From Scenedesmus sp. PABB004 (taxonomy: Eukaryota), in the NCBI GenBank assembly GCA_014905635.1, contig JABVCE010000007.1, positions 1,240,001 through 1,304,000 of the forward strand: DNA of 64,000 nt, read 5' to 3'. The position numbers were made by a program, and so were the translations under genes. This document shows, in pieces, positions 1 to 11,474 of the stretch. Positions within the stretch are counted from its first letter, which is position 1. Each line of letters opens with the position of its first letter. The notes under the pieces are model-generated. The model had not been told where the DNA came from, did no database searches, and worked only from the letters and a program-made list of their open reading frames with translations.

Positions 1-221
1 ACGGACGCGGCGCAGATGATGCCGGGGCGCGCCATTGAGGCTAACACGCGCGCGCTTTTGCGCCTCGCGGGTGCAGCGCAGCCACGGGCGCGCTCACAGC
101 GCCCCTCGCGCCCCCAGCCCGCGAACGCGCCTCGCACGGTGCGCCGGATCGAGCTGAGCGCGTGGAACCAGGCTCGCCCCCCCGCTGCAGGCCGCGGGCT
201 GGCCCACACAGACGCGTGCCG

Positions 222-1085
222 ATGACCCTGGAGGGGGGCAGCGGCGCCGGCGGCGCGGCGGCGGCCGGTGCGGCGCCGGTGCCGGCGGCAGCAGCGCGCG
301 GCAGCGGCGGCACCCGCGCCGCGGCGCCCCCGCGTCGCCAGCTCGCGGCGCGCGGGCCGGCAGCTGCGCCAGGGCGCGGCCAGCCCGCCCGGCAGCGCGC
401 CGCCGCCCGCGCCGCCGCGCGCTCGGCGGCGCCGCGCCGCGCTCACTCGCGCGTCGCGGCCGCTCGCCCCCCCCCCCCCCCAGCGCCGCCGCCCAAGCCG
501 CTGAACCACGGCTTCAGCGGCTACGCGACCACGGTGTTCGAGGTCATGTCCAAGCTCGCGGCCGAGCACGGCAGCGTCAACCTGGGCCAGGGCTTCCCCG
601 ACGACGAGGGCCCGGCGGGCATGAAGGAGATTGCCTGCAAGGCCCTCTACGAGCACAGCAACCAGTACCCCAGCCTGCTGGGCGTGCCCGCGCTGCGCCA
701 GGCGGTCGCGCGGCACTGCGCCGCGCACGGCGGCGTGCCGTGCGACTGGGCGAGCGAGACGCTCGTGACGGTCGGCGCGACCGAGGGCATCGCGTCCGCC
801 TTCATGGGCCTCACCAACCCCGGCGACGAGGCGCGGCGCGCGGGGCGCGCGGGCGGACGCGCGGGCGGCAAGCGCTGCGGCGTCGCGGCGCGCGGCGCAC
901 GCACGCGCCGTGCAGCGCCGCGCCCGGAGCCCCGCCCGCGCCCGCGCCCGCGCCTGGGACTGCAGGTGGTGGTGTTTGAACCATTGTATGACAGCTACGC
1001 CGGCATGGCGCAGCAGGCGCGCCGCCGCAGACGCCGCCGCCGCCGCCGCTGCCGCCGCGGCCGCCGCCGCCGCCGCCGCCGCCGC

Positions 1086-1134
<49 letters not shown>

Positions 1135-2433
1135 GGCCGGCTCCCCGCGCCGGCCGCCCGACCCCGCCCCGCCCGCCCGCCCTCGCCCCCGCGCCCGCCA
1201 CGCCCGTCCCGCACGCGCGCGCGCAGGCGGGCGTGAAGCTGGTGCCGGTGCAGCTGCAGCCGCCCGACTGGAGCGTGCCGCGCGACGCGCTCGCGGCGGC
1301 GTTCAGCGCCAAGACCAAGTTCCTGCTGCTCAACACGCCACACAACCCCACCGGCAAGGTGCGGCGGCGGCAGCGGCAGCGGCAGCCCACCGGGCGCGTT
1401 GGGGCCGCGCCGCGCGCCGGGGCCGCCGCCGCGCTCCACACACACCCGCCGCGCACCCGCCGCGCGCCGCACGGGCCGCGCGGCGCAGGTGTTCACGCTG
1501 GACGAGCTGCAGTTCATCGCGGGCCTGGTGGAGGCGCACAACACCTACGCGCTGCTGGACGAGGTGTACGAGCACCTCGTGCTGCCGCCGCACGCGCACG
1601 TCAGCCTCGCGGCGCTGCCCGGCATGGTGCGGCGCTGCGTGCGGCTCGGCAGCGCGGGCAAGACGTTTTCGTTCACCGCCTGGAAGGCGCGGCGCGGCGC
1701 GGCGCGGCGCGGGGCAGTGGGCGATGGCACGACGCGGCACGCGGCGGACAGTCGCGCGGGCCGGCGCGCGCACGCGCCCCGCGGCCCGGCGGCGACGCGC
1801 GCCGCCGGCGCCGGCGGCCGCCCGCGCGCGCAGGTCGGGTGGATGACCGGCCCCGCCGCGCTGCTGGCGCCGGTCATCAAGGCGCACCAGTTTGTGGTCT
1901 TCACCGTCGCCGCCAACCTGCAGCACGCGGTCGCGTACGGCCTGGACGAGGAGTCGGGCTTTTACCTGTGAGACAGCGCGCGGGCCCGCGCGCGCACCCC
2001 ATTGCGCGGCTCGCGCCCCGCTGAGCGAGCCGCCGCCGCCCGCCCGCCGCCCGCCGCGCGCCGCGCGCCGCCCGCCGCGCGCCGCCGCAGGGGCCTCGGC
2101 CCGGCGCTCGCGGCGAAGCGGTCCGCGCTCGCGCCGCGGCTCGAGGCGCTCGGCCTGCGCGTGCTGCCCGCGCAGGGGACGTACTTCCTCGTCGCCGACG
2201 CGAGCAGCCTGCTGCGGCCAGGCGAGGACGACGTCGCGCTGTGCAAGCGGCTCACGGCCGAGGCGGGCGTGACGCTGATTCCGATCAGCGCCTTCTACGC
2301 CAGCGACGCGCGGCCGCACCACCTCGTGCGCTTCTGCTTCTGCAAGAGCGACGAGAAGCTCGACGCCGCGTGCGAGCGGCTTGGCGCGTACGTGGAGCGG
2401 CAGCGCGGCGCGGGCGGGGGCGGGGGCGCGTGA
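222..2433 (+). CDS. PLP-dependent class I/II aminotransferase (kynurenine/glutamine/methionine aminotransferase-like), multi-exon
   Basis: Spliced exons give NLGQGFPD, NQYP..G...LR, TVGATEG, LLLNTPHNPTGKVF, DEVYEHL, GSAGKTFSFTAWKVGW (PLP lysine) and VRFCFCK; stop at 2431-2433. Start is uncertain: ATG 222, or ATG 16 via a short 71-117 intron. Confidence 0.9.
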
Positions 2434-2759
2434 CGCGGCTGGCGCGCCGCGCTTCAAGGCCGGCGGCTGGGCGCAGCGCGCTGCGCAGCGCCTGTGACAT
2501 CGCCCCTGCTCAGACGCGCTGCAGACGCTGAGTCACGCACGGTTCAACCAGCCGCGAGCTGTGTCCGCGCCCGGCGCAGCCAGCAGCGGCGCAGCCTACG
2601 CGGCTGCTGCCGCCGCGTGCGCACCGCAGCCGCCGCCGCCTCCGCAGCCGCCCCGCGCTGAGTTCGCGCGCCAGTTGCAGCATCACCGCGCCTGCGCGGC
2701 GGCGTGGGGCGCGCGGAGGCCCCGGCGCGGCCGGAGCAGCGGCGGCGGGCGTCGGGGCC

Positions 2760-3785
2760 ATGGTGCGCTTCAAGAACAGGTGCGGCGGGCCCGGCAGCGC
2801 GCGGTGTGGCTGCAGCGGCGCCCTGTGGAACTCCTGCGAGCGCCGCTGCGCTGCCAGGTACTTCATTCTGTGCGTGAGAGCGAAGGACGGCCGTGTGCAC
2901 GAGAGCATCGGTGCGGCGGTCGCCGCCGGCGGTGCGGGTGGCCCGGTGTGGTGCTGCCTGGCGCAGCGCTGCCAACGCCACCGCCTGCGCCGCCGCCGCC
3001 GCAGGGCCCGTGCTGCCGGGCGCCATCCGCGCCGCCGTGCAGCTGCACCAGGGCGACGCGGGCCTGGAGGCGGCGTCGCCGGGCCTGGCGGGTGCGCGCG
3101 CGCGCGCATGCGTGCGGGGGCGGCCGGCCGCCGCCCGGCAGGCCGCGCAACGGGCGCAGCAGCACGACGCCCCGCCGCCGGCCCCGCGCGCCGCTGCCCG
3201 CCGCGCCCGCCGCCGTCAGTCCCCTTCTACCACCACCTGTCCGGCGTGGCGATCGTGCGCGTCGCGCGCAGCGAGCACGTCAAGGCGCGCGCACCGCAGC
3301 ACAGCAGCACACCGCTGCGCCGCACGAGGGCCCGCGCCCTCCCGTGCGAGCTGGCGCCGCGGCGGCCCGCCCCGCGCAGACGCGGTGCCCCGCGCCCCCG
3401 GGCTCGCCGCCGCCGCCGCGTGCAGGTGCTGCAGTCGTGCCTGAAGATGAACCAGGTGGACTTCAAGGGCGTGACCGTGCAGCTGCTCAAGCTCACGGGT
3501 GCGCCGGCGCGGTGCCGCCGCGCTGCGCGTGCCGCGACCCGGCGCTCGCTGAAGCGCGTGGCGCACCGCCGCAGGCGCGTTCCGCGTGGCCAAGCGCGCG
3601 GCGGGGGAGCACGCGGAGCGACTGCTGGCACCGCTCAAGCTGCGCGGCGAGGTGGGCGGCGTGCGTGGCGGCCGCCGCCGCAGCCAGCCAGCCGCCTGCC
3701 CTCACGCTGCGCGCGCACAACCCGCTCGCAGCAAGCCGCGGCCGCGGCGGCGCTCAAGGAGCGGCTCGACGCGCTGCACATATGA
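2760..3785 (+). CDS. POP5: RNase P/MRP subunit Pop5 (Rpp14/Pop5 family), multi-exon
   Basis: MVRFKNR|YFIL N-terminus, SGVAIVRVAR and terminal LKLTG|AFR motif typical of Pop5; frames join at GT/GC-AG introns. Confidence 0.82.
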   Translation: MVRFKNRCGGPGSARCGCSGALWNSCERRCAARYFILCVRAKDGRVHESIGAAVAAGGAGGPVWCCLAQRCQRHRLRRRRRRARAAGRHPRRRAAAPGRRGPGGGVAGPGGCARARMRAGAAGRRPAGRATGAAARRPAAGPARRCPPRPPPSVPFYHHLSGVAIVRVARSEHVKARAPQHSSTPLRRTRARALPCELAPRRPAPRRRGAPRPRARRRRRVQVLQSCLKMNQVDFKGVTVQLLKLTGAPARCRRAARAATRRSLKRVAHRRRRVPRGQARGGGARGATAGTAQAARRGGRRAWRPPPQPASRLPSRCARTTRSQQAAAAAALKERLDALHI

Positions 3786-4223
3786 TGCACGTCTGCACAT
3801 GCTGGCGCGCGCGCGCGGTCGCGGCGGCCCAGCAACGAACGACCCGACGGCGAGCGCCGAGGCGTGCTCGCGGGTGCGTGCGGCGGCGGGCCGCGGCGGG
3901 CTGCTGCCGCAACGCGCCCGCGCCAAACGTCCTGGCGCGCATCCCACCGCGACGCACGCAGATTGCTGCGAGGCCGGGAGTGGGCGCTGCGGCGGCGGAG
4001 CAGCGCTCCGCGGTTCTGGCGCGCGCACTGCGCGTGCGGCGCGCCGCGGCACCGCAGCGCCCGCCCCGTGAACGCCGGGCCCTGTATCTCCCACGACGTC
4101 GCCCGCTCGCCCCGTCGCGACGGCAGAGCGCAGAGCGCGGGCGGCCGAATTGCGACGACCGCTCCGCTCTCCCTCCTGCCGTCCGCCACGCTGGCGCGCG
4201 TCGGCCGGGTGATCATTCCGGAG

Positions 4224-7200
4224 ATGATCATGCAGATCGCACGCTCCGCCGGCCTCACGCGCGGCGGCGCCGCCCGCGCGCCCGCGCTGCGCCCGCCGCC
4301 GTGGGCGCCCGGCGCGCCGCGCGCTGAGGCGGTGGGCCGAGGCCGAGGGACGTGGGCCGCGGGCCGAGGCGCCGCCGAGGCGGCGCCGGACCCGTCGGAG
4401 CAGCGGGCGGAGCTGGCGCCGGCACCCGACAAGCCGCCGCGGGCCAAGGCTGCGACCGCCGCGCCCAAGCCACCGCGGGCCGAGGCGGCGCCGGCCGCGC
4501 CCAAGCCGCCGCGGGCCAAGGAGGCGGCCGCGCCCAAGCAGCCGAGGGCCGAGGCGGCGCCGGCCACGCCCGAGCCGCCGCGGGCCAAGGCGCCGGCCCC
4601 GCCTGATGAGAGCGCGGGGGCCGCCGCCGGCGGCGACGCTGCCGGCGGCGCCGTGCGCGCCGCCCGTGGCCGCAGCACGGAGGCCCGCCGCGCCAGCTCT
4701 GGCGGTGACGTGGGCATGCCGGCCACGGCCACGAGCATGGTCGCCGCGATATGGCACAACCACTTTGCCGGCTCGGAGCGCAAGCTGCAGGAGCGCGGCG
4801 CGGAGCAAGGGGCAGAGGCGGCCGAGGCGGGCGTGGCGCCGGACGCGGCGCTCGCCGCGGTGGCGCCCAGCGTGAGCTGGCTCGACACCGGCAGCGCGCC
4901 CGACGACGAGGGCCGGCAGCTGCACGCCGCCGCCCAGGCGAGCCCCTGGCGGCTGGAGGTCGGCCAGGTGGTGTGCCTGCCGCCGCCGGGCGGCCGCGGC
5001 GGCGTTGCGGCGCCGGCGTTTGGGCTGCTGCAGGCGATGTGGGCGGAGCCGGGCGGCGCGTGCATGGCGCAGCTGCGCGTGCTGCTGCGCGGCGCCGACA
5101 CGCTCCTGGGCGACGCGGCGGCGGAGGCCGAGCTCTTTGTGGGTGACAAGTTCGCCACGCACCCGCTGGCGGCGCTGGCGGCGGCGGGCGGGCCGGTCGA
5201 AGCGATCCGCCTGGCGCGGCCCGTGCGCGGCGCCTGGTCGGCGCGGGCGGAGCACCGGCGCTCCGACGAGCTGCTGGGCGCGGCGAACGCGGTCGCGCGC
5301 GCCGAGGGTGAGCCGGGCGGGGTGCCGCGGCACGGGGCCGTGACACCGCCGCACCCGCCGCGCCCCCGTGACGCCGCCCCCGCCGCCCCGTGACGTACTG
5401 GGGGCCCCTCCTCCCTTGCAGGCCGGCCGCTGCGCTACTTTTACCGTCACCGCTACGACCCAGAGCTGTGCGCATTCACCGCGCTGCCGCCGGACGAAGC
5501 CATGGGCTTTGGCGCCATCACGCCGCCGCCGCCGCCGCCGCCGCCGCGCGCGCCCACGGCGCTCGCCGACGGCGCCGGCTTTGTGGCGGCGGGCGTCGAG
5601 CACCGGTGGGCGCGCAGCGGGGGCGCAGGTCGCGCGCGCGCAGAGCACCGCTGCCGCGCGGCGGCCTCGCGGGCCAGCCAGCGGCGGCCGCTGACGCAGC
5701 GCCGCGCCGCCGCCGCCGCAGGCTTGGTGATCTGCTTTACGTCACGCCCGAGGTATTCCAGCTGGCGGGCGCAGACGGCGCGGACGGCGCGGGCAGCGCG
5801 GGCAGCGCGGGCAGCGCGCCCGACGCGTCCGACGCCTCGGCAGTCGACAGCAGCAGCGAGGGCGAGGGCGCGCCGCAGGCCGGCGGCGGCGGCGCGGCGG
5901 GGGCGGGCGGCGCGCGGCAGCCTGGGTTTGCGCACAAGGGGAGCCTGGACGGCGTGCGGCCGTGGGCGCTGGCGCGCCTGCTGGAGGTCGCGGCTGAGGG
6001 CCCCCGCCTGCGCCTGCGCCTGGAACGCTTCTACAGGCCTGAGGACGTCAGCGCCGAGCTCGGCGCGGCCTCTGATCCGTGGGAGGCCTACGCGCCGCCG
6101 CCGTCGCGCGCCGGCGCGGCGTCGGCCCGCTGGGTCGCGTGGGCGGGCGCCGATGCGGTGCGCGGCGCGGCCACGGCCGTGCCGGCCGGCACGCCGGCCG
6201 CCGCTGCCGGCGCGTGGGCCGCCCACGGCTGGCAGGGCCCGCCAGACGTGTTTGAGGTGGTCGGCACGTTTGACCCGGTCAGCGGCGAGACGGGCCCGCC
6301 GCCGCCCGAGTTTGCGGCGACGGACGCCGACGCGGCTGCGGCGGCGGCAGCGGCCGTGGCGCCGCCGCCGCCCGCCCCGCGCCCGCTGGCCTGCCTCGAC
6401 ATCTTTGCCGGCTGCGGCGGCCTGAGCGAGGGCCTGCACCAGGCCGGCGTGGCGGAGACGCGGTGGGCCATCGAGTACGAGCCCGCCGCAGCGCAGGTGG
6501 GCTGTGGGCCGGGGCTCGGCGGCAGGGCCGCCGCCGGGGCGCGCGCGCCCTGGCCTGGCCTCGGCCGGGGCGCAGAACCGAGCCCCGCCGGCGCCGCAGG
6601 CGTTTACGGTCAACCACCCGGGCGCCAAGGTCGCGACCGCCGACTGCCGCGCGCTGCTGCTCGCGGCGATGCGCAAGGCGGGCGCCAGCGCGGCGGCCGA
6701 CTGCGTCGCGGGCCCCGAGGCGGCGACCGCCGCGGACGCGCTGCCGCCACGCGACGTCGACGCGCTGCCGGCGCCGGGCGAGGTGGAGCTCATCGTCGGC
6801 GGCCCGCCCTGCCAGGGTTACTCGGGCCTCAACGCCGCGCCCAACACGGCGGGCAGCCTTCAAAACTGCTCCATGGCGCGTGCCGTGGCGCCCTGCCCCC
6901 GCGCGCGCGGCGCCACGCCGACCGCCCTCTGACCGCTCAACCCCGTGCCCCGCCCTTGCGCCCCTAAACCCCGCGCCCCGCCGCGCCCCGCACCCTGGCG
7001 CCAGGTCATCACGTTCCTGAGCTACGCCGACTACTACCGCCCCCGCTACTTCCTGCTGGAGAACGTCACGGGGTGCGGCGCATGCGGCGCGGCGCGGCAC
7101 GGGGGCCCACCGCCGTGTGAATTGCTGGGTCGGCGGCGCCGCGGCCCGCCGCCGCGCCCTGCCAGCCGCAAGACGCGCGCCCGCGCGCGCGCGTGCGCGC

Positions 7201-8590
7201 AGGTTTGCGCTGCACGAGGGCAGCCTCACGCTGCGCCTCACGCTGCGCTCGCTGCTCGACATGGGCTACCAGGTGCGGCTCGGCACGCTCAACAGCGGGC
7301 ACTACGGCGCGCCCCAGAGCCGCCGCCGCGTGTTTGTCTTCGCCGCCGCGCCAGGCGAGGCGCTGCCGGCGTGGCCGGCGCCGCGCCACGCGTTCCGGTG
7401 CGGCGCGCGCGCGCAGGCGCGGGCGCGCGCGCGCAGACACCTGCCGCCTGCCGCCGCCGGCGCGCCCCGCGGGCCCCGGCCGCGCCCGACCGCCGACCGC
7501 CGACGGGCTGCCGCGGCGGGGCGGCGCCGCAGCACGCCCACGCTGGCCATCAACCTGCCCAACTCGCGCGCGCCGGCGCGGGTGCGCTACGAGCCGTTTT
7601 CCCACCGCGAGCGCGGCGGGTCGCTGCGCCCGGTCACGGTGGGCGACGCGCTCAGCGACCTGCCGCCCGTCGGCAACGACCACGCCGCGTGAGCGCGCGC
7701 TCGCGCGCCGCGCTGGCGCGGCGCGGGCGCGTGCGCGTGCGCGCCTGCGCCTGGCGGGCGCGCGGCGGCTGACGCTGCCGCGCTTGGCGCGCGGCGTGCG
7801 CAGGCGCGAGATGCCCTACGGCGCGGCGCCGCGCACGGCGTACCAGCGGGCGCTGCGGCGCGGCGCGGCGGAGCTCACCGACCACGTGCCGTTCATGCTG
7901 AACGTCGACGACCTGGAGCGCGTCAGGTGCGTCAGGTGCCGTGCGGCCGGCGGCGCCGGCTGGCCGCGCGCGGCCGACAGCACCGGCGCCGGCGTCCAGC
8001 GGCGGCGGCGGCGGCGACCGACGCTGACGCTGGCGCCGCCCCCGCCACCGCCCTGCCGTGCCGCGCGCAGCCTCATCCCCAAGGACACGCCTGGCGCCGA
8101 CTGGCGCGCGCTTGCGGCAATTGAGGAGAATGAGCCGGGCCGCACGACGGTCAACGTGCGCGCGCGCGCGCCGCGGCCGCCCGCCCGCGCTGCCGGCCCG
8201 CAGCCCGCAGGCCGCAGACCACGCCCTGTCCTCCGCCGCGCGCGCGCGTGCGCCGCGCAGGGCCGGCCGCTGCGGCCGCCGTCGATGAGCGGCCCGCGCT
8301 GGTACGGCTGCTACGCCCGCGTGGACGCGGGCGGCATGTTTCAGACGATCACGACCGCGCCGCGCCCCGGCGCCAAGATGGGCATGGTGCTGCACCCGAG
8401 CCAGGACCGCGTGCTCACCGTGCGCGAGTGCGCGCGCGCCCAGGGCTTCCCCGACGCCTACCGCTTCGCCGGCAGCGTCGCGGACAGGTACAGGCAGGTC
8501 GGCAACGCGGTGCCGCCGCCGCTCGCGGCCGCGCTCGGACGCGCGCTGCGCGACGCGCTCGCGGCGGGCGGCGGCGCCGAGCACGCGTGA
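4224..8590 (+). CDS. MET1/DNMT1-type C5 cytosine DNA methyltransferase with two BAH domains, no RFTS domain
   Basis: Motif [14 protein letters not shown], motif [11 protein letters not shown], motif VI FLLENV, motif VIII QSRRR, motifs [32 protein letters not shown]-like segments ([27 protein letters not shown]) and a MET1-like [11 protein letters not shown] helix lie upstream. Start ATG 4224 is inferred. Confidence 0.9.
4431..4603 (+). repeat. Five imperfect 11-12 aa coding repeats (KPPRA[K/E]AAPAAP) in the methyltransferase N-terminus
   Basis: [58 protein letters not shown] read directly. Confidence 0.8.
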
Positions 8591-8857
8591 CGTGGCGGCG
8601 GCGGGCAAGCGCGCGTGAGGCGGCGGCGGCGGAGGCCGTGGCGCGGCCTGGCTGGGTGAGCTGCAGCTTTACGGTGGCAACGGGGGGGCGAGCCGCGGCG
8701 GTGAACCGCGTTCGCTCGCTGCCGCTGACGACGCCCGCTCAAACGCTGCCGCGCGCGCCGCCGCCGCCACTCGTGCGCCCTCCCGGGAGCGTGTGCAGGT
8801 CCTCAGGCAGCTGCTCGAGCTCCATTTTGCTCTCACTTTCAAGCGCAGGGCGCCCCG

Positions 8858-11114
8858 ATGGCGGAGGAGGCGGGCGGGCCCGCGCCCACACAGGAGCAGC
8901 TCGCCGCGGCCGACGCCGACTTCGCCAAGGTGCGACGGCCCGCCGGGCGGTCGGCGGGGGCCGTGTGTTCGCCGCACGGCGCCGCGCCAGGGCCCAGCCC
9001 GCGCGCTGCTGGTGCGCAGGCGCTGTCGCTGCGCGATGCCGACCCCGAGGCGGCCATAGAGCTGCTGGCGGGCGTGCTGGAGGTGCGCAACCGGGCCTTC
9101 GGCGAGCAGGCCATCGAGTGCGCGGAGACCTACCTCCACTACGGCATGCTCCTGTTCGAGCAGGCGCAGGCGCGTGCGGCGGCGACCACGCGGCGCGCGT
9201 GCGGCGCCCCGCGGCCGCCCCGGGCGCGCCAGCCCGCCGCAGGGACCTGGGCCCAGCCCCCGCCGCGGCCGTGCGGCGCGCCGGCCGCGCGCGGTGCCGC
9301 GGCGGCACGCACCTCCGCGCTGTGCGCGCAGCGCCCGCTGACGCCGCCGCGCGGCCGCCTGCGCCGCCGACGCGCTGCCGCGCATCGCCTCCTCCGCCGC
9401 AGGCCGCCAGCGACTACTTTGGCGAGCAGGTGAAGGACGCGGCGATGCAGCGGGCGCGCCGGATGGCGGCGGGCCAGCCGGGCGGCGAGGGCGGCGATGG
9501 CGGCGAGGACGGCAGCAGCAGCGGCGAGGACGAGGGGAGTGAGGAGGAAGAGGAGGAGAACGGCGGCGCCGACGAGCCCATGGGCGAGGCAGAGCGAGAG
9601 GGCGCCGATGCGGCGGTCGCGGGCGAGGAGCAGCAGCAGCCGGGCGCGGCGGCCGCCGCCGACGGCGCCGCCGCCGAGGAGGAGGGGCCGTCCGGCTCCG
9701 GCAGCGAGGACGGCGTGGACGGGGAGCCGTGCGACGGGGACGCCGCCGGCGGCGAGGGCGGCGGCGCCGAGGAGGGCGGCGCCGAGGAGGGCGGCGCCGA
9801 GGAGGTCACGGGTGCGCGGCGGCCGTGGCGCGCGCCGCTGGCGCTCGAGCAGCGCCGCGGCGCGCGTGCGCGAGACGGGGGCGGGCCGGCCGCGCTGCGC
9901 TCCTCAAGGTGGCCGCGCGGTGCCGCCGCAGGCGAGAACGACGACATGGCGCTCGCATGGGAGATGCTGGAGATGGCGCGGCTCATCTACACCCGCCACG
10001 GCGGCGCGGCGGCGCACCCGGCGGCGCTCGCCGACGCGCACGGGTGCACGCGGGCGCGCCCGGGGCTGAGGGGCTGCGCGCCGCGCGCGCCCAAGCACCG
10101 CGGCCGAGCCGCCGCCCGCGCGCCCGCGCGCCGGCCGCCAGGTGCATCGGCGACATCTTTGCTGAGCAGGAGAAGTTTGAGGAGGCAGTCCCCGAGTACG
10201 ACGCGGCGCTGGCCGCGCTCGACGCGGCGCCCGGCGGCCAGGCGGGCGCGCGGCGGCACGCTGCGGAGCTCGCGTTCAAAAAGGCCAACGCGCTGCAGCT
10301 CGCGGAGCGCCCGGCCGAGGCGCTGGGCGCGATGCGCGCCGCGCGCGCGCACCTCACGGCGCGCCTGCACGAGCTCAACGCCGCGCTCGCGGCCGCGGCG
10401 GCGGCGGCGGCCGGCGGCGGCGGCGGCACGGCGGCGGCGGCCGCCGCGGACGCGCCGACCGCGGCCGCGTTTGCCGCGTTTGCCTCGGTGCTGACGACCT
10501 ACGCCAAGCCCGCTGAGCCGGCGAGCGCGGGCGACGCCGCGGGCGCTGCCGCGCCGGAGCCGGCGGCCGCGGCGGCGGCCGAGGCGGCCGCGGCGGACGT
10601 CGCCAAGAAGCAGCGCGAGGCGGCCGACCTGCGCGGCGTGCTGGAGGGCGTGGACGACCGAATCGAGGAGCTCGGCGCCGCGGTGCAGGCGGACGAGGAG
10701 GTGAAGCAGAGCCTGCGCAGCGCGCTCGCCGCGCTCGCCGGCGGCGGCGGGGGCGCGCCCGGCGCGGGCAGCAGCGGCGCCGCGGCCGCCGCGGGCGGCG
10801 CCGTCGAGACCATCGGCTTTGGCGCGCCGAGCGGCGGCCTGCCCGCCGCGGCGGCGGCGCCGGTGCGCGACATCGGCGTCATTGGTCGCGGCCGCCGCGC
10901 GGCGCCGACGCCGGTGGCTGCGCCGGCCGTGGCCGCCGCTGGCGAGGGCGGCGGCGGCGAGGGCGGCGGCGGCAAGAAGCGGGCTCTGTCTGACCTCGTG
11001 TCGAGCGACCAGGAGGTCAGCCCCAGCGCCGGCGGCGACGACAGCGCGGGCGGCGCCAAGCCCGCACCCGCGGCAGCAGCGCCGGATGCAGCGCCGAAGA
11101 AGGCGCGCGCGTGA
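8858..11114 (+). CDS. NASP: NASP/Sim3-type histone chaperone (SHNi-TPR)
   Basis: TPR with FGEQAIECAETYLHYGMLLFE interrupted by an acidic D/E tract, then DMALAWEMLEMARLIY and IGDIFAEQEKFEEA; C-terminal DIGVIGRG and basic KKR/KKARA. Confidence 0.85.
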
Positions 11115-11276
11115 GCTGGCGGGGGCTGGGCGCGCGCTGCAGAAGTGCGCGCTGCAGAAGCGCGTGTGTGCCGGCTGCCCGGCGGCGGGGCGCTGCGAGC
11201 CTCGCGCCGAGCGTGCAACCGGGCTGGCTGGCCGCGGGGCGGGCGACGCGCGGCCGTGCGTCGCTGCAGCGAGGGC

Positions 11277-11281
11277 TTACA
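11277..11281 (-). promoter_or_regulatory. TGTAA chlorophyte polyadenylation signal (cyclophilin 3' UTR)
   Basis: TTACA on + strand about 200 nt downstream of the cyclophilin stop. Confidence 0.5.
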
Positions 11282-11474
11282 CACCGCCGCGCCCGCCGAG
11301 GGGCGCCACCGCCGGCGGCGCACCTTGCTCAGGTGGGGCGCGCCGGCGCCGCGCCCCTGACCGGAGCCCCGCGCGCTGGGCCGCGTGTCCGAGGTGTGCC
11401 GAGCCAGCACAGGCGCGCCGCGCGCACGCGCGCCCGCTGGCCGGCCACGCGAGCCCTGCGTATCAGCCCCGCGC

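Noticed and set aside
4224..8590. Methyltransferase as part of a bacterial restriction-modification system or prophage
   Set aside because: It has spliceosomal introns and BAH domains, with eukaryotic housekeeping neighbours and no nuclease.
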